Source: a virus (Duplodnaviria; Caudoviricetes). From it: 42,138 nt of DNA. Below the pieces are notes generated by a model. That model was not told the origin of the DNA. It was given only the letters and a program-made list of their open reading frames with translations, and did not search any database. Made by a program: the position numbers and the translations under genes. The DNA is taken from the IMG/VR virus record IMGVR_UViG_3300023095_000004, positions 1 through 42,138 of that record, one strand, 5' to 3'. Shown here one piece after another: positions 18,501 to 26,121 of the stretch. Each line of letters begins with the position of its first letter. The stretch's first letter is position 1.

Positions 18501-19863
18501 CGCTGCTTTGGTAGTTGTCGCCAGTGGGCTCAAGATGCTAGTGCCTATCCTGCAGACCTTGGGCACCCTGCCTTGGCAGGTTATTGCTCTTGGTCTCGGC
18601 GCCCTCGCTGCTACCTTCACTGTACTGGGTCTCGCTGGTCTAGCATTACGACCGATTGTGCCTACCCTGCTCGCGCTGGGTGCGGCGATGGTCATCGTCG
18701 GTGCGGGTATGACGCTTGTTGGTGGTGGCGCTATTGCGCTAGCCAAGGCCTTCGAGATCCTCGTCGGTACTGGCGAAGAGGGCGTAAAGACTGTTATGGC
18801 TATCCTAGACGGCCTTATTTTAAGGTTGCCCGAGATTGTCACGGCGGTTGGACAAGCCGTAATCGCTTTCGCCAAAGTCATCGGCGATGGTGCCCCGGTT
18901 ATCGTCGGAGCATTCACGTCTATATTCAGTGAGATGCTTGGTGCGGTACAGGAGCTTTCGCCTCAGATCATGGAGACCATCGGTACTCTGCTGAGCGATT
19001 TCCTGGGTCTCCTCCGTGAGAAGTTCCCAGAGTTAATTCAGACCGGCGCCGATTTGCTGATGTCTCTTCTTGACGGCATCAGTAAGAACATTGGGGATGT
19101 GGCTAAGAAGGCTACCGATATTGTCATCGAGTTCCTAGCCGCACTCATTACCCAGCTGCCACGTCTTATTCAGCAGGGCATTGACTTCATCATTGCCTTG
19201 GTGAAGGGTATCGGCGAGGGTATCGCAAACAACGCGTCCCTGATCGCCAGCACTGCGCTTGATTTCGTCGGTAACTTGGTACAGGGCATCATCAATGCTA
19301 TCGGTACTTTGTTCGACCGAATCTGGCAAGCGATTAAGGACTGGCTCGGTACTCTTTGGGATAATATCCTGGACTTCTTCGATATCTTCTCTCCATCAAA
19401 GAAGATGTACTGGGTGGGTGAGATGCTCATGCATGGTATGCGTAACGGTATCCGCGAAAATGGTCAGATGGTTGCTGATGCAGGCACGACCATGAGCAAG
19501 AACGTATACGATGCTATGGATGGCGCACTCAAGGAGGCGCCAAATCTCCTTGACGGGTTGATGGAAATGGATCCGACGATTAAGCCGGTTCTAGATTTGT
19601 CAGGCGTGCAGGCCGAAGCGACTCGTCTGAATGGATTGATCGCTACGGACGCATTAACTGCTACAGGTGCCTTCGAGCGTGCGATTGATATTTCAGCAAC
19701 AACCGAACAGAACAATGAAATCAAGAGCGCAGAGACACAGGAACCTCCGGTAGCGCTTTCCTTCGAGCAAACGATTATTTCACCTAAGACCCCGAATGCT
19801 ACGGAGATTTACCGGAATACCGCTAGTCAAATCGCCAAAGCTAGGGAGGTTATCGGTCGATGA
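15526..19863 (+). CDS. Tape measure protein
   Basis: ~1445 aa helical and Ala/Gly-rich; AMYQLSQA...LEDWNSV tape-measure domain; IFSPSK C-terminal motif. Confidence 0.93.
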   Translation: MSGVDNRVVQMKFDNNQFERETQSTMGLLDKLKTKLGFKGSKEGIEGVQRSFAKFSLGGIGAGVDAIKAKFSSLSVVGAAAIANITTRAVDSGLKIAKAFSTDGIMGGLEEYETNLNSIQTILANTSTKGTSLDDVNKALQELNTYSDKTIYNFSEMAANIGTFTAAGVNLDTATDAIKGIANLAAVSGSSSEQASTAMYQLSQAMSTGVLTLEDWNSVTNAGMGGEVFQKALMDTARVSGVAVDQIVADQGSFRNSLQKKWLTSDILSDTLAKFTGDLTKAQLDSMGYTEEQVKGILKMGVTATNAATKVKTMTQLMDTLKESVGSGWTQSWQIVLGDFEEAKDLFTGINDVLGGVVGASAKARNDMLQEWKDLGGRQALIDSFYAAFKILTNVTGAFSKAFRSVFPAKTAKDWYEITDTIRDFLERVAKGTNNLKTFRTIVKGVFSAFSVGFEFIKAFGGFLKRIFDTISAGSNGAVTQFLVKMAKWVIGLDKAVKKGDTFVKFFDRLFDNITKFVAYLQVGIDKVKDFVGQVDFAKIGDQVKEIVQKVKDGTISLDDAKEIAQKTWGAIIRVFQGAMDQLGAISDGFQSVWDRVVAGFEWVKEKVQPVTDFIGELLGQIKDAFKNAFAGFSAEQLGAGGGILALGGIFTGIMALVKKFIQEVKDFGLQDITNEIGETIGALGNHLNALTANVKAKSLLTLAAAIALLALSVIGLAGIDPEDLTKSLTAIAVGFGQLLIAMGILTKMAGAGGFAKIPIIAAGMIMLAGAVLILALAVRKLSGLSWEDLNKGLTAVSLLLAGLTAAIKVISGSSGGLLRSSVGMIAMATALQILAGVVKDFAGMKWSELAKGMAGVASGLIAMTGAMKLMPKGMLANGVALIAIATALKILYTAVASFSSMDWPTMGRGLAGVAGALVAIAAAMQLMPQNMMMQSLALLAVGAALGLIGQAVEDMGGMSWDEIGKGLATLGGAMIILAGGLKLMSGSLNGAAALVVVASGLKMLVPILQTLGTLPWQVIALGLGALAATFTVLGLAGLALRPIVPTLLALGAAMVIVGAGMTLVGGGAIALAKAFEILVGTGEEGVKTVMAILDGLILRLPEIVTAVGQAVIAFAKVIGDGAPVIVGAFTSIFSEMLGAVQELSPQIMETIGTLLSDFLGLLREKFPELIQTGADLLMSLLDGISKNIGDVAKKATDIVIEFLAALITQLPRLIQQGIDFIIALVKGIGEGIANNASLIASTALDFVGNLVQGIINAIGTLFDRIWQAIKDWLGTLWDNILDFFDIFSPSKKMYWVGEMLMHGMRNGIRENGQMVADAGTTMSKNVYDAMDGALKEAPNLLDGLMEMDPTIKPVLDLSGVQAEATRLNGLIATDALTATGAFERAIDISATTEQNNEIKSAETQEPPVALSFEQTIISPKTPNATEIYRNTASQIAKAREVIGR

Positions 19864-20699
19864 AATACGACGCCATACGAATTTCTGCGTTGAAGACTGT
19901 TACTTTCCCAGTGATTGGTGTTGCTGGAAATGCCAACTTCTTCGCCAAAAAGATCTTGGGCTTGACTGCGCCGGACATCAATATCAACATGGTGAATATC
20001 CCGAAGCAAGGTGGAGCGTATTACGACTCTACTCCCGAACTTCGTGAGATAGAAATCACGGTAGGCTTAGAGCCTAACTACGCACTCAACATCAGCGTAG
20101 AACAAGCTCGTGCAAGTCTATATTGGATGGTTAATAGTCAACTCACAATCGAGTTGCTGCTTAACGGCGTAGTTAAGCTCAAGACCTACGGTTGGCTCAA
20201 GCGTCTTGAGTCTGACCAATTTGAGCGCGAGCCGGAGCTGGATATTGTTATCAGCTGCATTAGCGCCACGTTCGACGCGCCGTCGGAGACCTTGATCGGC
20301 GCCGGAGCAACGGGCGCATCAGTATCCATTACCTTGGCCGGCAGCGCCAAGACCAATCTGATCATCGATTGGAAAGTGCAGGCTACGGCTTCTGGCTTCT
20401 TAACGCGTCGATATTTCAACGGCGACGTGGACAACTACCAGGAGTTTCGTGTCGACGGGCTCACGTTTCTCAACAACGACACCATCCGTCTTGACAGTAC
20501 GTCGGGGAAGAAGAAAGCGCTTCGTGTTCGTGGTGGCGTATTCCTAAACCTCCTGCCGTACATCACGCCGACCTCCACGTGGTTATATCTTGAGCCGGAT
20601 GCGCCAAACGTAATCGATGCGTCTCTGATCGGTGGTAGCTCATCAACGGCGTGGAACGTGAACTCCGTCAAGTACACAAACAAATACTGGGGAGTGTGA
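19860..20699 (+). CDS. Distal tail (Dit-like) protein
   Basis: Immediately after the tape measure gene with ATGA coupling; REIEITV and STWLYLEP..N pattern. Confidence 0.7.
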   Translation: MKYDAIRISALKTVTFPVIGVAGNANFFAKKILGLTAPDININMVNIPKQGGAYYDSTPELREIEITVGLEPNYALNISVEQARASLYWMVNSQLTIELLLNGVVKLKTYGWLKRLESDQFEREPELDIVISCISATFDAPSETLIGAGATGASVSITLAGSAKTNLIIDWKVQATASGFLTRRYFNGDVDNYQEFRVDGLTFLNNDTIRLDSTSGKKKALRVRGGVFLNLLPYITPTSTWLYLEPDAPNVIDASLIGGSSSTAWNVNSVKYTNKYWGV

Positions 20700-20700
20700 C

Positions 20701-21873
20701 GTGGATCTATATACGATTGACAAGGTCAATTACAATCCACTAGACCTGATTGAGAGTTACGATTCTCTACTCTGGACCGAAAGGTTTCAAGAGCCTGGTG
20801 ACTTCGAATTGAAGACCCATGTTCTTGAGTCGACATATAACGCACTTCCCAAGGGAACGTTTGTAGCAATCCGCGAATCCAACGAAGTCATGGTGGTAGA
20901 GGATCGTGCCATCGAGACGAATGAGGACGGTGAAGAAATCCTCACCGTAACGGGTAGAAGTCTGATGTCGTTCATGGAGAATCGCTATGCGGGGTTCTTC
21001 TACAATCAGATCAATATTCGTGGCGATGATCCGGGCACGTTCGAAGAGGTATATACCTATCCCGTTTCGGCGGGCGCCGATGGTAATCCTTCTTGGAACG
21101 ATGGCGATGCGATCAAGTGGATCATCGACATGCACATGACGTATGGTCTCTTCACGCCTGGATTCTCGGGAAGTCCATCCGCCATCAATCCCGAGAAAGT
21201 TCCTAACTTCTCTTGCGAGAACCTGGACACCACGGGTCGATCGACAGCATACAAAGAGAACATCATTCGTGATAATCTCTATGAGGCAGTGCACGTATTG
21301 CTTCTTGCTGGAGACAATGGCTTTCGAGTGGTTCGCCCGTTTGGTGCCGAGACCAACTTGAAGTTCCAGATTTATAACGGTCTCAATCGGAGCGCCAATC
21401 AAGAAGATCGTTTGCCGATTATCCTCAGCAAGGAAGCCGGCGATCTACTTCGATTGCGTCAGTTCGACAGCACCAAAGGCTCTCGAAACTCTTTCCGGAT
21501 CTACACGAACTACATGAATCCCTACGTCAACACCGTATGGGATCCAAACGATGAGACCGTTTTGATTGCGCCGAACAGAATGGGTTGGAACTTTCGAGAC
21601 CAGCTCATTGACGCAGACAATATCAAGGACTCATTGGCATCTACTAGAGCACGGCGCCTGAAGAAAGAACAGGCAAAGTATCGAGCAATCAGCATGATCA
21701 GCGCGGAAATCTCCCCAAGCTCAGCGTATATTTTCGGCAAGGACTACAACATGGGGGATCTCCTCACAGTTGACGCATACTTCGGTAAGCGTTTCACGGT
21801 TCGGATCACCGAGTATATTCGGTCAGAGGACGGCGGCGTTTACACGGCTTACCCAGTCATTAGCGAACTGTAA
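20701..21873 (+). CDS. Minor tail protein (siphovirus Gp37/Tal-like)
   Basis: IESYDSLLWTERFQEPGDFEL and YIFGKDYNMGDLLTV motifs. Confidence 0.75.
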   Translation: MDLYTIDKVNYNPLDLIESYDSLLWTERFQEPGDFELKTHVLESTYNALPKGTFVAIRESNEVMVVEDRAIETNEDGEEILTVTGRSLMSFMENRYAGFFYNQINIRGDDPGTFEEVYTYPVSAGADGNPSWNDGDAIKWIIDMHMTYGLFTPGFSGSPSAINPEKVPNFSCENLDTTGRSTAYKENIIRDNLYEAVHVLLLAGDNGFRVVRPFGAETNLKFQIYNGLNRSANQEDRLPIILSKEAGDLLRLRQFDSTKGSRNSFRIYTNYMNPYVNTVWDPNDETVLIAPNRMGWNFRDQLIDADNIKDSLASTRARRLKKEQAKYRAISMISAEISPSSAYIFGKDYNMGDLLTVDAYFGKRFTVRITEYIRSEDGGVYTAYPVISEL

Positions 21874-21886
21874 GGACGGACTAAAT

Positions 21887-22243
21887 ATGGAGATAGGGCT
21901 GGAGTCTATTCTCGGCTTTGTTGGGATTATCATGGGGTCTGGTGGTTTTTGGGCCTTCATGGCATCCAGGAAGAGCGAGAAAAAGGCTGAAACTCGCCTT
22001 TTGATGGGCCTGTCTTTGGACAAGATCATCTACTTGGGATCTAAGTATCAGGATCGCGGATATCTTTCGCAGGACGAGTACGAGGATCTCCACAAGTATT
22101 TCTACGAGCCTTACAAAGAGCTCGGGGGCAATGGTATTGCCGAAAATATGATGGGTCGGGTTGAGAAGTTGGAAGTTCGATCTCGTCATAAATCCGTTGA
22201 GCTCACGTTTGGCTCTAATCAACAGAATGCGAACACGCCATGA
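21887..22243 (+). CDS. Membrane protein of the lysis region
   Basis: N-terminal TM helix; YEPYKELGGNG motif; start at ATG 21887 after AAGGA. Confidence 0.65.
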   Translation: MEIGLESILGFVGIIMGSGGFWAFMASRKSEKKAETRLLMGLSLDKIIYLGSKYQDRGYLSQDEYEDLHKYFYEPYKELGGNGIAENMMGRVEKLEVRSRHKSVELTFGSNQQNANTP

Positions 22244-22632
22244 GTGATCCCACCACAGTTACATCCCCGTCTCTGTTCTCCAACAAGAATTACGACCGGG
22301 CCAAGTTCTTCGCCACCGTAGTTCTGCCGGCGCTTGGCGCCTTATACGCGGCGCTTGCGCTTATCTGGGGATTCCCCGCCAGCGAAGAGGTCGTCGGTAG
22401 TATCGCGGCGGTCAATGCATTCTTGGGCATCGTCTTGAAGGTCTCCAACAACAACTTCGTCAAGACTTATGATGGCGAAGTTCGTTATGGGCCGGGTATT
22501 GAGCCTGGCGATACTGCAGTCGCCTTCAATATGGACCCAAAGGCGCTCCCTCATTCGGATATCATGACATTCAAGGTCATTCATCCGGATGACACCGTCG
22601 TAGAGGATTCGCAGGATAATCACGTCCTGTAA
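22240..22632 (+). CDS. Holin (Dp-1-like)
   Basis: NKNYDRAKFFATVVLPALGALYAALALIWGFPASEEVVGSIAAVNAFLG; two TM helices. Confidence 0.8.
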   Translation: MSDPTTVTSPSLFSNKNYDRAKFFATVVLPALGALYAALALIWGFPASEEVVGSIAAVNAFLGIVLKVSNNNFVKTYDGEVRYGPGIEPGDTAVAFNMDPKALPHSDIMTFKVIHPDDTVVEDSQDNHVL

Positions 22633-22633
22633 T
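22609..22633 (+). promoter_or_regulatory. Phage promoter motif copy 1
   Basis: TCGCA-ggataatCACgtcc-TGTAAT. Confidence 0.75.
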
Positions 22634-22659
22634 GAACCCCTCTACGAAAGGAACTACCC

Positions 22660-22944
22660 ATGTTCAAGAAGTCCTCATCCAAAGCCCACCCGCTCGACGC
22701 TGAGCTTGATCGTGCGATGAAGTTCATTGTCGCCAAATCTCCCGACTCCCCCGAGTACGCAGCCGCGCTCGACCAGATCGAAAAGCTGACCAAAATCAAA
22801 GCCCCCAACGCCGCGACCACCCTCAGCAAAGACACTCTGGTCACCGCAGCTACGAACCTCGCCGGCATCGTGATGGTTATCGGCCATGAGCGCATCCACG
22901 TGATCGCCACCAAAGCACTCGGCTTGGTTATGAAGGCTCGCTGA
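22660..22944 (+). CDS. Cassette gene 1, hypothetical protein
   Basis: GAAAGGA RBS in the conserved leader; 94 aa. Confidence 0.8.
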   Translation: MFKKSSSKAHPLDAELDRAMKFIVAKSPDSPEYAAALDQIEKLTKIKAPNAATTLSKDTLVTAATNLAGIVMVIGHERIHVIATKALGLVMKAR

Positions 22945-22970
22945 ACTGTCATATTCTGACAGACAGGCTC

Positions 22971-23023
22971 AACAGTATACAACGTGTAAGGACGTAAAAA
23001 ACTCTTACACGTTGTATACTGTT
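22971..23023. terminator. 20-bp perfect inverted repeat (terminator or processing hairpin)
   Basis: AACAGTATACAACGTGTAAG, 13-nt loop, CTTACACGTTGTATACTGTT. Confidence 0.7.
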
Positions 23024-23065
23024 TGCCTAACTCATATTGTAAAAATTGCCCGGGGGAGATTTTTT

Positions 23066-23090
23066 TCGCAACAATTACATACTATATAAT
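23066..23090 (+). promoter_or_regulatory. Phage promoter motif copy 2
   Basis: TCGCA-acaattaCATacta-TATAAT. Confidence 0.8.
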
Positions 23091-23115
23091 GAACCCACCT
23101 ATGAAAGGAATTACC

Positions 23116-23409
23116 ATGTCACAATCGTACTACTCCGTTTATGGAACCCCCCTACATCTCCTTCTGGACGATGAATTCGCCGCAAACTACAATGCTGCAC
23201 AACGAGCATTTTTCGAAGCTCAGGTGAAGTTCAATGAAACCTCCAAGACCACTTGGGCAGGTGAACCGTTGAACATCAACTGGACTGAAGAACACCGTCG
23301 TGTATACAATCAGTTTGCCGAACTCATGAACTCTATGATCGACATGGCCGGCGGGGCCCTTGAACTCGGAGAAGAAGAAATGACTTCCGATTTCCTCGTC
23401 AAACTCTAA
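23116..23409 (+). CDS. Cassette gene 2, hypothetical protein
   Basis: Leader TATGAAAGGAATTACC-ATG; 97 aa. Confidence 0.8.
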   Translation: MSQSYYSVYGTPLHLLLDDEFAANYNAAQRAFFEAQVKFNETSKTTWAGEPLNINWTEEHRRVYNQFAELMNSMIDMAGGALELGEEEMTSDFLVKL

Positions 23410-23415
23410 GTTCAC

Positions 23416-23444
23416 AACTATATACCCTAACACGGTATATAGTT
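23416..23444 (+). terminator. CTAACAC-loop hairpin 1
   Basis: AACTATATACC-CTAACAC-GGTATATAGTT, 11-bp perfect stem followed by TTT. Confidence 0.75.
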
Positions 23445-23446
23445 TT

Positions 23447-23471
23447 TCGCAGAAATTACACACACTATAAT
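23447..23471 (+). promoter_or_regulatory. Phage promoter motif copy 3
   Basis: TCGCA-gaaattaCACacac-TATAAT. Confidence 0.8.
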
Positions 23472-23499
23472 GAACCCCCACCCTATGAAAGGAATTACC

Positions 23500-23724
23500 A
23501 TGTTTAACAAGAAGACCCCGACCTCAACCATCGCCATGTCCTTCGAAGAATACAATGCTCTGTCCGACGAGGAGCGCGCTGCCATCCATGCTGCTTTCAA
23601 CAAGAAAGTCCGCATCATCAAGCGCGTTGTCCTCGCCGCCCCAGTCGCACTTGTTGCACTCGTCGTCATTGCGAAGTCCCTCGGAAACTCCGACGAAACC
23701 GAAACCTCCATTATCGAAGCGTGA
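23500..23724 (+). CDS. Cassette gene 3, small single-TM membrane protein
   Basis: Conserved leader; VVLAAPVALVALVVIA hydrophobic helix; 74 aa. Confidence 0.8.
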   Translation: MFNKKTPTSTIAMSFEEYNALSDEERAAIHAAFNKKVRIIKRVVLAAPVALVALVVIAKSLGNSDETETSIIEA

Positions 23725-23728
23725 TTCA

Positions 23729-23766
23729 AAAGCCAAAAACACCCTAACACGGTGTTTAGGCTTTGC
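23729..23766 (+). repeat. CTAACAC-loop hairpin 2 (38-bp exact repeat of 24187-24224)
   Basis: AAAGCCAAAAACACCCTAACACGGTGTTTAGGCTTTGC. Confidence 0.85.
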
Positions 23767-23798
23767 GTTTTCTAACCCCCACTATGAAAGGTCATATC

Positions 23799-23915
23799 AT
23801 GTCCCGTCGTACCCGTAACTACGGTTTCTTCAAGTTCCTCTGTGATATCGCCCTGGTCTTCCTGACCGGTGGAATCTGGCTCATCTGGATTTTCATCCGA
23901 GAACACCGTCGCTAG
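23799..23915 (+). CDS. Cassette gene 4, 38-aa membrane peptide (not in the ORF track)
   Basis: TATGAAAGG leader; MSRRTRNYGFFKFLCDIALVFLTGGIWLIWIFIREHRR. Confidence 0.75.
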   Translation: MSRRTRNYGFFKFLCDIALVFLTGGIWLIWIFIREHRR

Positions 23916-23940
23916 TCGCAAAATAAACATGGCCTATAAT
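23916..23940 (+). promoter_or_regulatory. Phage promoter motif copy 4
   Basis: TCGCA-aaataaaCATggcc-TATAAT. Confidence 0.8.
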
Positions 23941-23966
23941 AGAAGCCCTCTATGAAAGGAACCACC

Positions 23967-24179
23967 ATGTTTGGTCGTGCCATCGAAATGAAGCTCGTCA
24001 AAGAACGCAAGTCCAATGACACCGAAGCAACCGCTCCCATCATCAATACCGAAGAACTCGTACAACACGTACGCAAACTCGGCGTTGATGCTGGCAAGTG
24101 GATCGCCATCGGTGTTGCAGGATATGTGATCCTCGACACCCTTCGCCAGATTGCAGTCAAATCTACACCCGAAAACTGA
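23967..24179 (+). CDS. Cassette gene 5, small membrane protein
   Basis: TATGAAAGGAACCACC-ATG leader; WIAIGVAGYVIL helix; 70 aa. Confidence 0.8.
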   Translation: MFGRAIEMKLVKERKSNDTEATAPIINTEELVQHVRKLGVDAGKWIAIGVAGYVILDTLRQIAVKSTPEN

Positions 24180-24186
24180 ATCTTCT

Positions 24187-24224
24187 AAAGCCAAAAACAC
24201 CCTAACACGGTGTTTAGGCTTTGC
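24187..24224 (+). repeat. CTAACAC-loop hairpin 3
   Basis: Identical to 23729-23766. Confidence 0.85.
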
Positions 24225-24244
24225 CCACTATGAAAGGAATTACC

Positions 24245-24466
24245 ATGGAAGAGAACGAACCGCAGTATGAAGTAACCGCTGAAGACTGCTTTGTCATCGG
24301 CATCGTCTTCGGCGCCATCGCTGTACTTCTCACCTACGCAGAAGACATGGTTGTCGGGGTGTGGATATTCACCATCGCCGCAGCCTTGTTCGGCCTGGGC
24401 GGGATATTCTGCCTTTACCTAGATCACAAATCCATCAAGCCGGAGGACCCCAAAGATGAGCTTTAA
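24245..24466 (+). CDS. Cassette gene 6, two-TM membrane protein
   Basis: TATGAAAGGAATTACC-ATG leader; two hydrophobic helices; 73 aa. Confidence 0.8.
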   Translation: MEENEPQYEVTAEDCFVIGIVFGAIAVLLTYAEDMVVGVWIFTIAAALFGLGGIFCLYLDHKSIKPEDPKDEL

Positions 24467-25205
24467 CTCCCTGCTCAAGGCTACGGAAGTATTCGCTTCT
24501 CGTAATGCCCCCGCAATCTTGACCGGGGTCGGTATCGCCGGCGCCTTCGCATCGGCATTTCTGGCAGGTAAGGGCGCATTCAAAGCGTCGGGGATTCTTT
24601 CCGAAGAGGCCCCCGATCTGACGACTAAGCGGAAGATTGATTTAACCTGGCAGTGCTATATTCCTGCCGCACTTGCCCTCACTGCTACCACCGCAGCCAT
24701 ATTCAGTGCGAACCACATCGGCGCCACGCGATTGATCGCGGTCTCTACCGCATATTCCATCACCGAGCGCGCGTACGACGAATACCGCGACAAGGTCGCC
24801 CAGAAGTTCGGCCCCAAGCAGGAACTGGCAGCTAGGGACGAGATCGCCCAGGATCGAGTGACCCAGAATCCCGTCGGTTTGAATCCCGTCCTCGTGACGG
24901 GTACCGGCGACTCCCTCTGTTACGACGCATATTCGATGCGATATTTCCGTAGCAACATGGAGGCGATTCGTAAGGCGGGTAACGACGTCAACGAAGCCGC
25001 ACACAACGACGAATTCTGCAGCTTGGCCGACTTCTACGACAAGCTGAACTTGCCATCAAACTCTCATCACGAGCTAATGGGCTGGCACGCCGATCATCTG
25101 CTCAAGCTCAACATCTCGTCCGTTATGGCGGACAACGATCAACCAGCCATCTCAATGGATTTCTACGTAGCGCCCAAGCATTCTTATCGCTACGACGGAA
25201 TGTAA
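24456..25205 (+). CDS. DUF6353-like protein (paralog of 26881..27765)
   Basis: NAPAILTGVGIAG, CYIPA, AYDEYR and SLADFYDKL...MGW pattern shared with 26881..27765. Confidence 0.65.
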   Translation: MSFNSLLKATEVFASRNAPAILTGVGIAGAFASAFLAGKGAFKASGILSEEAPDLTTKRKIDLTWQCYIPAALALTATTAAIFSANHIGATRLIAVSTAYSITERAYDEYRDKVAQKFGPKQELAARDEIAQDRVTQNPVGLNPVLVTGTGDSLCYDAYSMRYFRSNMEAIRKAGNDVNEAAHNDEFCSLADFYDKLNLPSNSHHELMGWHADHLLKLNISSVMADNDQPAISMDFYVAPKHSYRYDGM

Positions 25206-25238
25206 TACCCACCTTCATATCCTTAGAAAGGGATACGC

Positions 25239-25739
25239 ATGTTCAAGAAGACCATCACGTACGAAGACTTCTCCGGTGGAACCGTGACGGAGGACTTCTA
25301 CTTCAACCTTTCCAAGGGCGAGGTTGTCGCCATGGAGATGGCCAGCAGCGACGGCGGCTACTCGGGCTTGCTGGAACGGATCATCAAGGAGAAAGACAAC
25401 TCCAAGATGGTGTCGATTTTCCAGGACATCATTCTCAAGTCTGTCGGTCGCAAATCCGCCGACGGCCGGAAGTTCGTCAAGAACGACCAGATCCGCGAGG
25501 ACTTCGCCTCTACCAATGCATATTCCGAGCTCTTCGTCGAACTAGCAACCCAGGCCGGCGCCGCTGCGGAATTCGTCAACGGTCTCTTCCCGAAGAAACT
25601 GCTGGATGAGGCAGCCAAGGACGTCCAGTCCGTCAAGATCGAGGCGCCTGCCGAGAAGCCGAAGGATCTCTCCGTGCTCGCCGATTTCTCGGCAGAGGAC
25701 ATCGAGCGGGCTCTGGCTGCGCGGGCCAATTCGCAGTAA
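25239..25739 (+). CDS. Conserved hypothetical protein
   Basis: MFKKTITYEDF..TEDFYFNLSK and KSADGRKFVKN; GAAAGGG RBS. Confidence 0.8.
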   Translation: MFKKTITYEDFSGGTVTEDFYFNLSKGEVVAMEMASSDGGYSGLLERIIKEKDNSKMVSIFQDIILKSVGRKSADGRKFVKNDQIREDFASTNAYSELFVELATQAGAAAEFVNGLFPKKLLDEAAKDVQSVKIEAPAEKPKDLSVLADFSAEDIERALAARANSQ

Positions 25740-25755
25740 AAACACGCTGTATAAT
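25731..25755 (+). promoter_or_regulatory. Phage promoter motif copy 5
   Basis: TCGCA-gtaaaaaCACgctg-TATAAT. Confidence 0.8.
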
Positions 25756-25786
25756 GAAAACCCCCACTATGAAAGGAATTACCACC

Positions 25787-26056
25787 ATGCGTAAACCCTC
25801 AGAGAAGACTGTCAAAACGATCAAGAAGATCGCCACCATCGTCGTCGGATTTTCCGCAGCCTTCACGGCTCGCACCGTCATCGACGCAAACACCCCCGAT
25901 GAGAACACCGCCTTCCAAGACGCGACTCTCGCCGTTGGTTCGTTTGCGCTCGGTATCGCCGCGAGCTACGCAGCTACGGATGCCGTCGATCGCTGGGTCG
26001 ATGACTTGATCGAAAACACCTTCGATGGTAAGCCCAAGGCGTACACCTCCCTGTAG
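25787..26056 (+). CDS. Cassette gene 7, hypothetical hydrophobic protein
   Basis: TATGAAAGGAATTACCACC-ATG leader; 89 aa. Confidence 0.8.
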   Translation: MRKPSEKTVKTIKKIATIVVGFSAAFTARTVIDANTPDENTAFQDATLAVGSFALGIAASYAATDAVDRWVDDLIENTFDGKPKAYTSL

Positions 26057-26066
26057 TGCAGTAAAC

Positions 26067-26101
26067 AAACAATAGGATCCCTAACACGGATCTTATTGTT
26101 T
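26067..26101 (+). terminator. CTAACAC-loop hairpin 4
   Basis: AAACAATAGGATCC-CTAACAC-GGATCTTATTGTTT, 14-bp stem with one G:U pair. Confidence 0.75.
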
Positions 26102-26121
26102 CAAATTTGAGAGTAGGTAGC

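Noticed and set aside
17600-19400. Periodic W/hydrophobic repeats in the 1445-aa ORF as a separate repeat or transporter system
   Set aside because: These are ordinary tape-measure protein repeats.
23089-23118. In-frame upstream ATGs in the cassette leader (MNPPMKGITM) as conserved leader peptides or true starts
   Set aside because: These ATGs are by-products of the TATAATG and TATGAAAGG motifs and are absent or out of frame in cassette 1. The RBS position supports the downstream ATG.
23416-26101. Repeats read as a CRISPR array (a Cas4-like nuclease is also present)
   Set aside because: The intervening sequences are whole genes of 300-1900 bp, not 30-40 bp spacers. The stems differ, and Cas4/RecB-like nucleases are common standalone phage genes.
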